From a virus, in the IMG/VR virus record IMGVR_UViG_3300045988_169529, positions 1 to 56,911 of that record: 56,911 bases of DNA; one strand, written 5' to 3'. The position numbers and the translations under genes were made by a program. The notes under the pieces were generated by a model. It saw nothing but the letters and a program-made list of their open reading frames with translations. It made no database searches and was not told where the DNA came from. This document shows, piece after piece, positions 27,256 through 35,647 of this stretch (positions are counted from its first letter, which is position 1; every line of letters starts with the position of its first letter).

Positions 27256-27360
27256 TTATAAATTAGCAAGCCATTTTTTACCTGCTTTCGTATAGAGCCA
27301 TAATAATATGCCTCCACTAATAACTGTTGTTATTAAAAACAATATAGCTAATACTTCCAT
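27256..27360 (-). CDS. 34-aa single-TM peptide
   Basis: My own translation is MEVLAILFLITTVISGGILLWLYTKAGKKWLANL. It starts 5 nt after the stop of 27366..27614 and is too short for the ORF track. Confidence 0.35.
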   Translation of the reverse strand: MEVLAILFLITTVISGGILLWLYTKAGKKWLANL

Positions 27361-27365
27361 ATACT

Positions 27366-27614
27366 TTATTTAAAAATTTGATTTCCAATTTTAGCTAATA
27401 AGATTGTTGTAGCTATGCCTCCTGATATAACGGAAAGCACTAACGGCAAATTAAGTTCTTTGGTAGTAAACATACAAGTTACCCCACCCAATACTAAAGC
27501 CGTAAAAGTGAGTTTAGAAAGATCAAGAAAATATTTTGCAATATTTTCACGCCTCACTTTGTCTTTATCTTTAACTTCTTTCTTTGCCTCTTGTTGTTCG
27601 CTCCAATTTCCCAT
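27366..27614 (-). CDS. Small membrane protein (2 TM)
   Basis: 82 aa with a Lys/Glu-rich N-terminus, then LTFTALVLGGVTCMF and LVLSVISGGIATTILLAKI. Confidence 0.5.
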   Translation of the reverse strand: MGNWSEQQEAKKEVKDKDKVRRENIAKYFLDLSKLTFTALVLGGVTCMFTTKELNLPLVLSVISGGIATTILLAKIGNQIFK

Positions 27615-27722
27615 GTAACTAAACTTATTACGCAGCGTTTATATTCTGAACACATTGCAAATATACAAAAAGGATTGATAATATAAGAATTAGACTAAAA
27701 GAAATATCGTATTTATCTATAA

Positions 27723-27983
27723 TTATTTCTGTTTAAACATCCATCGGAACTCACATCCCAATGTTCCGGGACGTGGCTGGAAACGGAACCCTCCCATAAG
27801 AAGCGAATTGTAGACATCCTCCAAGCTGACGGATGTTCCCGGATCAATCTTCTTTATGGCTTCATACACATCCTCAGTAGAAAACCAATGAGTCGCATCG
27901 GACTCATTGGTTGCGGGAGAATAGACAGCCATCAACGCAGTGATGTAACTGTCCATTTTAGTTTCATTATTCTGACTCATCAA
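27723..27983 (-). CDS. Hypothetical protein
   Basis: 86-aa ORF overlapping the stop of 27967..28206 by 17 nt. Confidence 0.5.
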   Translation of the reverse strand: MMSQNNETKMDSYITALMAVYSPATNESDATHWFSTEDVYEAIKKIDPGTSVSLEDVYNSLLMGGFRFQPRPGTLGCEFRWMFKQK

Positions 27984-28206
27984 AAGAAGATGCTTTGAGA
28001 TCTTTCAAAATCTTGCGCACACCGCGAAGCTGCTGCAACATGACCAGACGATCACCATCACTGGCATCCGCTTCCGGATTCTCAATCAGTTCAGCTATAC
28101 AATCAAGTCCTTCAAGAACATTATCAATTTCGCTATTACCGTCTTCCTGCATACGACGCAACACATTAAGACTTTCGTCGCTTAGAATAATTCCATTAAT
28201 ATTCAT
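27967..28206 (-). CDS. Small acidic protein, paralogue of 47937..48233
   Basis: LSDESLNVL..MQEDGNSEIDNVLEGL..ELIENPEADASDGDRLVMLQQLRGVRKILKDL aligns with LTDEAVDLL..LQDDENSNIESLLNGI..EIVLNPEAGASYGERLVMMQTLRDIRHLLDLL. Confidence 0.7.
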   Translation of the reverse strand: MNINGIILSDESLNVLRRMQEDGNSEIDNVLEGLDCIAELIENPEADASDGDRLVMLQQLRGVRKILKDLKASSFDESE

Positions 28207-28603
28207 TTCTTTTAAATCATTAAATTACAATATCATAATATTAGCTATAAGCAAGCTTTTCAACGGTGCACTGCTTGTATTGTCTTGCTATATGCAGCAA
28301 AGATAAAACAAATATGGTGAAACATATAGGACAGGCAATTGTGCTTAATGCAGGGAACGAAACGAAGCAATGTGGCACGTAGTATGAACAATACCAAACG
28401 TGAAAATGTTCTAAAGAATTTTCCTTTTTTACCTAAAAAAATAATAACATAATGAACATCAATGCATTTCAATAAAAAATGCGGATTTTTTTGCAAAGAA
28501 TCAAACTTTACTCTTTCAATAAATACAGTCGTTTTCATTTTTTTGGAGATCATTTAAAATAAAACAAAACTTTATATAACGGAGAGAAAATAAAAAGTTC
28601 CGC

Positions 28604-28757
28604 TCCCCGTTGATCTCCACCTTGAACAGGCAGTGGGCGCATTAACGCTCCACACGGGACGGAACTATATGATAAGCCATGGACACAAAAAATGCCAACG
28701 GTAATGTCAGCGGAACTATCCGCCTGTTCAATATGGAGATCACTGCAAAGATGGGGA
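28604..28757. ncRNA. Candidate structured RNA/DNA element (long imperfect hairpin)
   Basis: 28612-28631 pairs with 28722-28741 (8 bp, 2 mismatches, 10 bp). The outer tcccc/gggga pair extends the stem. Inside are a hairpin at about 28633-28653 and a direct repeat CGGAACTAT at 28660 and 28711. The strand is undetermined. Confidence 0.35.
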
Positions 28758-28810
28758 TTATTTTTAAAAGTACCAAAGAAAAGAAAAAATTTTAGCAAAG
28801 CTTCAAAAAA

Positions 28811-29629
28811 TTATTCTTCATTTCTAAGAACATCATAAGCCAAAAGAATATCTTTCATAGCATTTATTTCTTTAGAAGATAAACTACGTGTTTTTGTATA
28901 TTTACCGCTTAATCTCATTTTTAAAACTTTTCCTTTAGACATTTCTTCTAAAAATTTCAACAAATCGTCAAACACGGGAACATCTATCCACTCCCAAACT
29001 TCGGTATCACTATCTGTTTCTTTATCTTTATATTTATCAAATATTATTTCTTTAGTATTCCCATCGTATGATAAATAAGCATTTTCAAAAAAAATCCAAT
29101 CATCTCCATAGTAAGACATTCTTAAGCATAACCAAACATCATTATCTTTTTGTCCCATGTATAATGAAGTCAAATTAGAATTTGTATAATGCGTAAAATA
29201 GGGATTATAATACCAAGTAATACCAGAAACATCATCATATTTTTTTCTCAGTTTAGTAACAGCTCTCATTCTTTGGGCCTTTTCTTTTTGAGCTTTATCA
29301 GCTATCATTTTATCCAATGTAACTAACATAGACTCTACTTGTTTATATTCTTTAGATGTTGGATGATAAGTATATAATTGATCTAAAATTATATTTAATT
29401 CATTACGATTCTTATCTTTAAATTTATTTTGAGCTGACATAAGAAGTTTATCAGGAGTATATCTATATCCTTCTATATCCTTTGTTAATAAAATTATAGA
29501 GTCTCTTAATACTTTATTATTTTCCTCTAAATTTTTTTTTTCATTTAACAACTTGTTATATTCACTTTTAGAAGGAGAACATGAATTTAGCCCCAAAATC
29601 AGAGATAATAAAATAAATATTTTTTTCAT
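28811..29629 (-). CDS. Lipoprotein (moron-like) in a very AT-rich island
   Basis: Signal peptide plus lipobox MKKIFILLSLILGLNSC. Coiled-coil N-terminal part. An A10 run in codons ~31-34 (T10 at 29532-29541). Confidence 0.75.
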   Translation of the reverse strand: MKKIFILLSLILGLNSCSPSKSEYNKLLNEKKNLEENNKVLRDSIILLTKDIEGYRYTPDKLLMSAQNKFKDKNRNELNIILDQLYTYHPTSKEYKQVESMLVTLDKMIADKAQKEKAQRMRAVTKLRKKYDDVSGITWYYNPYFTHYTNSNLTSLYMGQKDNDVWLCLRMSYYGDDWIFFENAYLSYDGNTKEIIFDKYKDKETDSDTEVWEWIDVPVFDDLLKFLEEMSKGKVLKMRLSGKYTKTRSLSSKEINAMKDILLAYDVLRNEE

Positions 29630-29888
29630 AATAAGTTATTATATTTTTTGCAAAGCTATAAATAAAAAATTAATTAGTATTAAAACTAGACTAAATATTT
29701 ATTGAAACCAATCAAAAAACATTATTCTATATAACACAAATAAAAGGTGCTTTATTTCTAAAACACCTTACAGTTACCTACCCATGATTATATCTCCTAC
29801 AACATTAGCCAGTACATTGGAGCCGAAACCTTTCAGACCGTCCAGCTTTTCAATCATGGAGATTATTTTATCTAATTTTTTATCCAGG

Positions 29889-30437
29889 TCACATAACTGA
29901 ATCGTCGTACATCTTGTGCTTGAAATACCGCCGTACATGAAACCCGGAATCCACATCCTTAAGACTTTCCACAGCCTTACGATAGCATGACAATGCCATC
30001 TTTTCATTAGGCACATCTGCCGGCAATTTATGCCCCATGTCTTCCGCAATGCTTCTGGCATGATCCGAATAAATCATATTGGCAGTTACCCATAAAGCAT
30101 AACTGTTATAATGCGGTTTGTCTTCACATACTCCTCCAAGCGATTCAACCGTTTTCTCAAAAGTATCATAGGACCAATGAAATCCTTTCATTCCATCTTG
30201 GTTGACAATACGTTTGCTGATATTCATTGCCTCGTGTTCGGATAGATAATTGTCCCAACAAACAGCCTCCAAATGCGACAACCAGTTTTCGGCCAGATCA
30301 GGATGAGCTGCCGCGACAGCCTTGAACATATACTTTTCAGTTTCACCGAATATCTTCATATTCTTCGGATCTTTACTTGCCACCATCTTTTCATAAAGTT
30401 CATGGTAGCGATCTATCATTTCTTCTTTAGTCTTCAT
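29889..30437 (-). CDS. Hypothetical protein
   Basis: 182-aa helical-looking ORF with no recognised motif. Confidence 0.6.
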   Translation of the reverse strand: MKTKEEMIDRYHELYEKMVASKDPKNMKIFGETEKYMFKAVAAAHPDLAENWLSHLEAVCWDNYLSEHEAMNISKRIVNQDGMKGFHWSYDTFEKTVESLGGVCEDKPHYNSYALWVTANMIYSDHARSIAEDMGHKLPADVPNEKMALSCYRKAVESLKDVDSGFHVRRYFKHKMYDDSVM

Positions 30438-30459
30438 AATTATAGGATATTAAAGTAAA

Positions 30460-30481
30460 CTCCCCACAATAAAGCGGGGAG
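30460..30481 (-). terminator. Candidate terminator after 30548..30964
   Basis: Stem CTCCCC/GGGGAG with a 10-nt loop. The minus strand continues TTTACTTTAAT. Confidence 0.4.
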
Positions 30482-30547
30482 CAAACTCAAACTTTTTTCT
30501 CCCTTTTCTTTTTTACAGGTTTTAATGACTTTTGAGTCATAATCCTA

Positions 30548-30964
30548 TCAAGCTGTGGGAGTAGCCGGAAAGGTGGCCGCAATGGTCAACGGAGTAGCCA
30601 GGCTCACACCAAACGCACGGTTACAGCACTTTACATTCTCAGGAGTAACCTGAGTAACAAGAGGAGTAAGTGTAATCGTAGGAACAGCACCGGCCGCACC
30701 GATAAAGGCTACCTTAAACTGCTCAACCCATTGTTTGGTAACAGAACGGCATGATCCTTTAGGAGTGTAAGCAACAAGCACTGCTGCATTGATGGTTACA
30801 ACAGTCTGGATATTCACCGTCTGCTGTTCTGCGACAGTAAAATTAACTATGCCAGTAGGCTGTACACCATTTTCAGCGCAATAAGCCTGGCATAAATTCT
30901 CCACTACATTAGTCAGATATTGCTGGCTGGTAGCAGCGATTTCAATCGGAATCAATTGAATCAT
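30548..30964 (-). CDS. Putative abundant virion protein (possible major tail protein)
   Basis: 138 aa, beta-rich with Thr/Val/Ala. A hairpin follows. Positional guess only. Confidence 0.4.
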   Translation of the reverse strand: MIQLIPIEIAATSQQYLTNVVENLCQAYCAENGVQPTGIVNFTVAEQQTVNIQTVVTINAAVLVAYTPKGSCRSVTKQWVEQFKVAFIGAAGAVPTITLTPLVTQVTPENVKCCNRAFGVSLATPLTIAATFPATPTA

Positions 30965-30983
30965 AATGGATATATATTAAGAA

Positions 30984-31475
30984 TTATTCTGTGTCGGAAC
31001 TTATACCGTCCGACTTCGGTTGGGGTTCATCGCTGCCGTCAGCTTCCTTATCAGGCGCTGTCTTGACGATGTATTCTTCTCTAGGAATCAAAGGCAGGTT
31101 ATATTCAAGCAAGGTTTTCAGTTCTTCCATGTCTTCCTTTTCAAAAACAACCTTTCCATCCATCAGTGTCAACCCTCCGTTTTTAATAGCATCATCCACT
31201 ATTTTGTGAGCCATTTCGGGCAATGCATCATCCGGCACTTGTGAGATATAGCGGTTAATGATAGGTTCTATGATAGTTCCACTGACATTCTGCATTATCG
31301 GAGATAATTCCGCAGCAAGACTCCAGCCGGGTTTAACGAAACCTGTTGATTTCAATTTGGTCTCAATCATCTGCACAAGAGGAAACGATCCCATTTTTTG
31401 TGCGGAGAATTGCTGCACTACAGGTTGCAGCCATTTATTCAACACTGCTGATAAAATTTGTGAATTGGTATACAT
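30984..31475 (-). CDS. Hypothetical structural-module protein
   Basis: 163-aa ORF with an acidic C-terminus. Confidence 0.55.
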   Translation of the reverse strand: MYTNSQILSAVLNKWLQPVVQQFSAQKMGSFPLVQMIETKLKSTGFVKPGWSLAAELSPIMQNVSGTIIEPIINRYISQVPDDALPEMAHKIVDDAIKNGGLTLMDGKVVFEKEDMEELKTLLEYNLPLIPREEYIVKTAPDKEADGSDEPQPKSDGISSDTE

Positions 31476-31542
31476 GGTAATATATTGTTTGAGTTTAAAA
31501 AGAGGAAAGGACGGAATGAAACCGCCCTTTCAATGAGATTCA

Positions 31543-32040
31543 CTAGTTACAACCGCAGCAACCGGTATCACACACTTTACGTTGCGGAACAACAAGTTCA
31601 CTTAACGCAGCCAAATCAGCAATCTGCTGTTTCATACAAGCCAGAGTGGCGGTATTAGTGCCATTGTACACAGCCTGATTCATGTTGATGGCATTCTGCT
31701 CACTCTTATCCGCATTGATACGGCTAAGCAATCGGTCATAAACATCAGCAAGTTTCTGATCCGTGTAAGTGTTCGCTTTCAGCAAGGCGATCTCTCCATC
31801 CTTTTGAGCCAGTTTGTCCATCATGGCCGCTTCATAACGGCTGACAGGTTTGTCATCCGAAGTAATCACTTCCACAGGACCTGCCGCCATATTACGGTTA
31901 TAACAGCCGCCTCCCAGGATATTGCCCGCATTCAATCCTAAAAATGATGCGATACCTGCTGACGCTCCGACGGTATTGTAATTACCTTGTCCCTGGCCGG
32001 TGACATTATAGTTCTCACCGTTCATACCTTTGATAGTCAT
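31543..32040 (-). CDS. Gly-rich / coiled-coil protein with C-terminal Cys cluster
   Basis: 165 aa. Gly/Asn-rich N-terminus, central heptad-like region, and it ends CDTGCCGCN. Confidence 0.55.
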   Translation of the reverse strand: MTIKGMNGENYNVTGQGQGNYNTVGASAGIASFLGLNAGNILGGGCYNRNMAAGPVEVITSDDKPVSRYEAAMMDKLAQKDGEIALLKANTYTDQKLADVYDRLLSRINADKSEQNAINMNQAVYNGTNTATLACMKQQIADLAALSELVVPQRKVCDTGCCGCN

Positions 32041-32135
32041 AATATTATGTTTTAATAAGTTACTAGGCCAGGCTATAACCTGACATTACAAAGGTACAGA
32101 CTATAACTATCAACTGAATTACAGTTATTTGTTTC

Positions 32136-32447
32136 TTATTTACCGTTTATTTTCGACTTATTTTCAAGATGTTTGCGGATAACTTCTACATCCTTTTCCA
32201 TCCACAGACTGGAAGAAATTCGAGATGAATAGGAAGCAAGCAGATACCGGATACTAGCTTCTGTACGGTCCATATACTTGCTGATCTGGGAAGGGTAGAA
32301 ACCTTCTTCGGATAACAGTTTTACCAAAATGCACCGGGCATCCACCACTTCGGCGGCCCGATTGTCTGACAGGATAAATTCCTGATGTATTTCCGTGAAA
32401 GAGGCGACTGATTCAAGGATTTCATTAAAACGTGCGGTCTTGCTCAT
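32136..32447 (-). CDS. DnaA-C-terminal-like HTH protein
   Basis: SDNRAAEVVDARCILVKLLSEEGFYPSQISKYMDRTEASIRYLL resembles the DnaA domain IV fold pattern. Confidence 0.4.
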   Translation of the reverse strand: MSKTARFNEILESVASFTEIHQEFILSDNRAAEVVDARCILVKLLSEEGFYPSQISKYMDRTEASIRYLLASYSSRISSSLWMEKDVEVIRKHLENKSKINGK

Positions 32448-32572
32448 AATAATGTAAAATTTAGAAACAATTTATTAAAAACATTGTTGTTTATCTATCC
32501 CCGGCACATCCAAAGGTTTTCAAATTCGACTGTCAATAGAATAAGAGCAAGACCGCAAGCCGGGGATTTTTG

Positions 32573-33061
32573 TTACCACTGCAACAGATTGTAATTGATA
32601 GTAACAGCCAACACAGGAGAAAAGCCGCCACTTCCGATACCATATCCGGCAGAAAGACCAATCCCCCACCGTTTGTTTCTCTGTTTAATAGTTCCCAACA
32701 TTGTAGGGCGATACAATTCAACTGACTTAAGTTCCGGATTATAACCATTAATCAAAATGCGATAATCATCCGTCCGGTATTCCCTTTCCATTATCGGGAT
32801 TATCACCGGCATGGAGTCAGGCAACGTAGAGTCTATGTCCACATCAGGATCTTCCATGGATACCGGCAACAAAACGGTATCCACTCTTACATGATGTTCT
32901 ACCTTAGGCGGAGGTATGATGGTATCCCTTATGGTGTCAACAACCAACGTCCATAATGTATCCGGCGCAAGCTTCCCAGAATTATCAGCCGGGCAGGAAC
33001 ACCATGAAAGCATCAGCATGATACTTAACAAGACTACCAAGATCCAAGGTATAAGCTTCAT
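32573..33061 (-). CDS. Membrane-anchored protein downstream of the endolysin (spanin-like candidate)
   Basis: N-terminal TM segment IPWILVVLLSIMLMLSW, Pro-rich middle, Gly-rich C-terminus. ATGA overlap with the amidase gene. Confidence 0.4.
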   Translation of the reverse strand: MKLIPWILVVLLSIMLMLSWCSCPADNSGKLAPDTLWTLVVDTIRDTIIPPPKVEHHVRVDTVLLPVSMEDPDVDIDSTLPDSMPVIIPIMEREYRTDDYRILINGYNPELKSVELYRPTMLGTIKQRNKRWGIGLSAGYGIGSGGFSPVLAVTINYNLLQW

Positions 33062-33660
33062 AGTTCAATGAATTTAATTATTCCTTCGACATGAAGGGAT
33101 GTTATAGCCTGTTTCCCTTCTTCAGACAAAAGGAAAGCCACATCTTCCATATTGTCTTGAAATAAGTTTTCCGTCAATACAGCCGGACATTCCGTATGTT
33201 TTAAAATATAGAATCCGCTCTCCTTGTCCGAATCACCATCAGCCAGATCTTTTCTAATCTTCATTCCAGGAAGGAACCTGTCAGCCGAAGCATACAGACA
33301 ATCAGCAAGCCTGTCCGCTTTTGTCTGCCCTATACTGGTCCATGCCTCCCATCCACGAGCCTGCATCCATTGTGCCCCATTTCCGACGGCGTTGCAATGG
33401 ATGGATACCAGAAGAACATTACTCTTCCCAAATTCGGAACAAATATCATTCACTCGGCGGCATCTCTCCGATAGCGGCACATCAACTTCCTCACGCACAA
33501 TCCGAAGTGTCTCATACCCCCTCTTACACAATTCATGCTCCACACGGATGGCAATTTCACGGGTATATAACGCCTCAATCAAACGACCGTCCGGAGAACG
33601 CTTGCCTTGTGTGTTGGCTCCATGGCCATTGTCAATTAAGATTTTCATGTTTGCTTTCAT
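33058..33660 (-). CDS. N-acetylmuramoyl-L-alanine amidase (Amidase_3-type endolysin)
   Basis: KILIDNGHGANTQGKRSP...LLVSIHCNA...PAVLTENLFQDN matches the Amidase_3 Zn-ligand pattern. Confidence 0.8.
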   Translation of the reverse strand: MKANMKILIDNGHGANTQGKRSPDGRLIEALYTREIAIRVEHELCKRGYETLRIVREEVDVPLSERCRRVNDICSEFGKSNVLLVSIHCNAVGNGAQWMQARGWEAWTSIGQTKADRLADCLYASADRFLPGMKIRKDLADGDSDKESGFYILKHTECPAVLTENLFQDNMEDVAFLLSEEGKQAITSLHVEGIIKFIEL

Positions 33661-34105
33661 TTTCTATTTCATTAATAACATTCTTCAATTCTTTACTTTT
33701 CAAGCCGACCAGTCCCTTAAAGACACTCCAAAGACTGATATGGTAATGCAGACCTTTACATTCGCAGTAATTACTGATCACACTTTCAAGTTCACAGTAA
33801 CAGGCTATCAGCATACAGCATACGGAAATAGTGGAATAAGGAATGCCCAAAGGTTCACCAATCGCTTTTCCTAAAACCGCCCCCAATAGAATTATACATA
33901 CGTAATCCCCCATTTTTATAAGGGTTCTCCGGATAGCCCGGCTTATACGCACTTCCTCCATCCTTCGTTTGGACTTGCTGATGCCCCACCATAGATCTGT
34001 AGAAATAAGAATCAAAGCCAGCAGCATCAACCATCTCATATCCCACATCAGACTATAAAATTCGGTAATGAATACCGAAAATGTAATTTTAGAACTTGTA
34101 TTCAT
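33632..34105 (-). CDS. Holin (phage_holin_4_1-like)
   Basis: 157 aa with 3-4 TM helices and a C-terminal CELESVISNYCE motif resembling the E-x2-SI-x-EN of this holin family. Immediately upstream of the amidase. Confidence 0.6.
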   Translation of the reverse strand: MNTSSKITFSVFITEFYSLMWDMRWLMLLALILISTDLWWGISKSKRRMEEVRISRAIRRTLIKMGDYVCIILLGAVLGKAIGEPLGIPYSTISVCCMLIACYCELESVISNYCECKGLHYHISLWSVFKGLVGLKSKELKNVINEIENESKHENLN

Positions 34106-34112
34106 ATCTGTT

Positions 34113-34673
34113 TTAAGTTATGTGTTTCATTATTTCTTTTACATTCATCCAGTCGGGAGCCGATGCGACAAAGCTCATGCTCCAGCCTATTGATAACAGT
34201 TCAGGCGACACAAAAGGCACAATCGTCTGATTATCCGATATAGGCTTGAGCCATGACATATAACGGGAATCATACATCATATAAGCACGTACCTGGTTCA
34301 ATAGTTTCAACGTTCGGTCACTCTGAATGGCAACTTCTACCATATCAGATTTATTCCCTAATTTGACCGCAACCGTCACCGCACGCTTATGCGTATCCTC
34401 TATGGAACCTATATTGTCCTGAGAGCTTTGTATCTCTCCAAAATCACAGAACAGATAAGTTCCTATCAGGGCATCCACCCGTTTTTTAACATCCTCAAAA
34501 CGTTGCCCAAAAACAAAATTGGAAATATCAGGAACCAAAGGCTCGGACATACCGGCTATATACCCTTTCAGTTCCTCATACTCATAAAGTTCGGAACTTC
34601 CGTTAATAAACATATCCAGAACCCCGTCACGGGCAGGAAACCGGGAAAAATATTTTAAATACTCAAGAATCAT
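34113..34673 (-). CDS. Head-tail joining module protein (hypothetical)
   Basis: 186-aa ORF translationally coupled to its neighbours. Confidence 0.55.
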   Translation of the reverse strand: MILEYLKYFSRFPARDGVLDMFINGSSELYEYEELKGYIAGMSEPLVPDISNFVFGQRFEDVKKRVDALIGTYLFCDFGEIQSSQDNIGSIEDTHKRAVTVAVKLGNKSDMVEVAIQSDRTLKLLNQVRAYMMYDSRYMSWLKPISDNQTIVPFVSPELLSIGWSMSFVASAPDWMNVKEIMKHIT

Positions 34674-35647
34674 AGTATATCATTTATAACATCAATTGGT
34701 AACCGGGTGGTATTAGCGATCTCAGCAACATCCATTTTGGAGGCATGAAGGCTACGCACGGATTCAATCATCTTCTTTCTCAGGATTCCAAGATATTGCA
34801 AGACGCTCATCTGGGATATCTCACGCAAATTTCCATATCCGTCAGCACTCAAGCCGTACAGAGCATCCTGTGCCCCTGTGCTTATCACAGATTCCTTTCC
34901 CGGTATGATTTTAGTAAGAATCTTGTATTCTGTCCGACTGAACAAATAATTGATGAATCCCTTGAAATTGAAACGGATGGCCTGCAATGTTTTAATATCC
35001 ACTTTTGAAAAAAGAACGGCACGTTGATGCGCCCTGTCACTTTCATAAGGTAGTGAAGAATACAGGATGGAAGCAAGCAGGGGAAGCTGATCATCCCGGC
35101 AATCCGCCAGCTCACGCGCGTCAATAAACTGCTGTGCCGTCAATGAGGTTGTCAGCATAGAGAATCCTGTATCAATGGTATAACCAAGACAAGGTTCATC
35201 CTGCCCGTCAATATGGACAGATCCTATAAATTGTTTGCAAAAACAGGAGTCTACCACAAACTTATAATCAAGCCGTGACAGATAGCGGGATATAGTTATC
35301 CCCGTCAGTCTTTCCGGCGGGACACGCTTGCATAGCTCATAAGAATCGGTGTCAAGATCCGCCAGTACCGCATCATTATCCGGATAACAGATCAGAAAAG
35401 GAAAGGTGACCTGCTCAGCCAGGCAAGCAATGTTTCCCATGGCATCCGCATCGGTTATCTTATTGATATCCCAGCCCATCACCCTGCATATATGGCGCAC
35501 ACGCACAAGACCGGCAGAAAGTTTACCTGCGGACATGGAAATCAGGTCCGCAACCAGTTCTTTAAATTGATAAGTGTTCAACCCTTCCCAACTGTTTGGA
35601 ATAGAATACACGCTTCCTTTCAGGGTAAATTCAATATCTTTTTTCAT
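34670..35647 (-). CDS. Hypothetical virion-module protein
   Basis: 325-aa ORF with ATGA overlaps on both sides. Confidence 0.6.
   Translation of the reverse strand: MKKDIEFTLKGSVYSIPNSWEGLNTYQFKELVADLISMSAGKLSAGLVRVRHICRVMGWDINKITDADAMGNIACLAEQVTFPFLICYPDNDAVLADLDTDSYELCKRVPPERLTGITISRYLSRLDYKFVVDSCFCKQFIGSVHIDGQDEPCLGYTIDTGFSMLTTSLTAQQFIDARELADCRDDQLPLLASILYSSLPYESDRAHQRAVLFSKVDIKTLQAIRFNFKGFINYLFSRTEYKILTKIIPGKESVISTGAQDALYGLSADGYGNLREISQMSVLQYLGILRKKMIESVRSLHASKMDVAEIANTTRLPIDVINDIL

Noticed and set aside
28596-28760. tRNA, tmRNA or attP-type tRNA fragment
   Set aside because: There is no cloverleaf, no GTTCRAnYC T-loop with a matching 5-bp stem, and no CCA-proximal acceptor pairing on either strand. 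The element is a single long hairpin.
28260-28798. Track ORFs 28260..28553 and 28550..28798 as confident genes
   Set aside because: Their sequence is low-complexity and AT-driven (runs of F/K/I/L). The second ORF overlaps the structured element. Only the MKTTV-start version of the first is kept, as a weak hypothesis under the paralogue finding.
29774-30061. Track ORF 29774..30061 (95 aa)
   Set aside because: It overlaps the 3' part of the better-supported 29889..30437 ORF in another frame and extends into the intergenic region. It is likely spurious.
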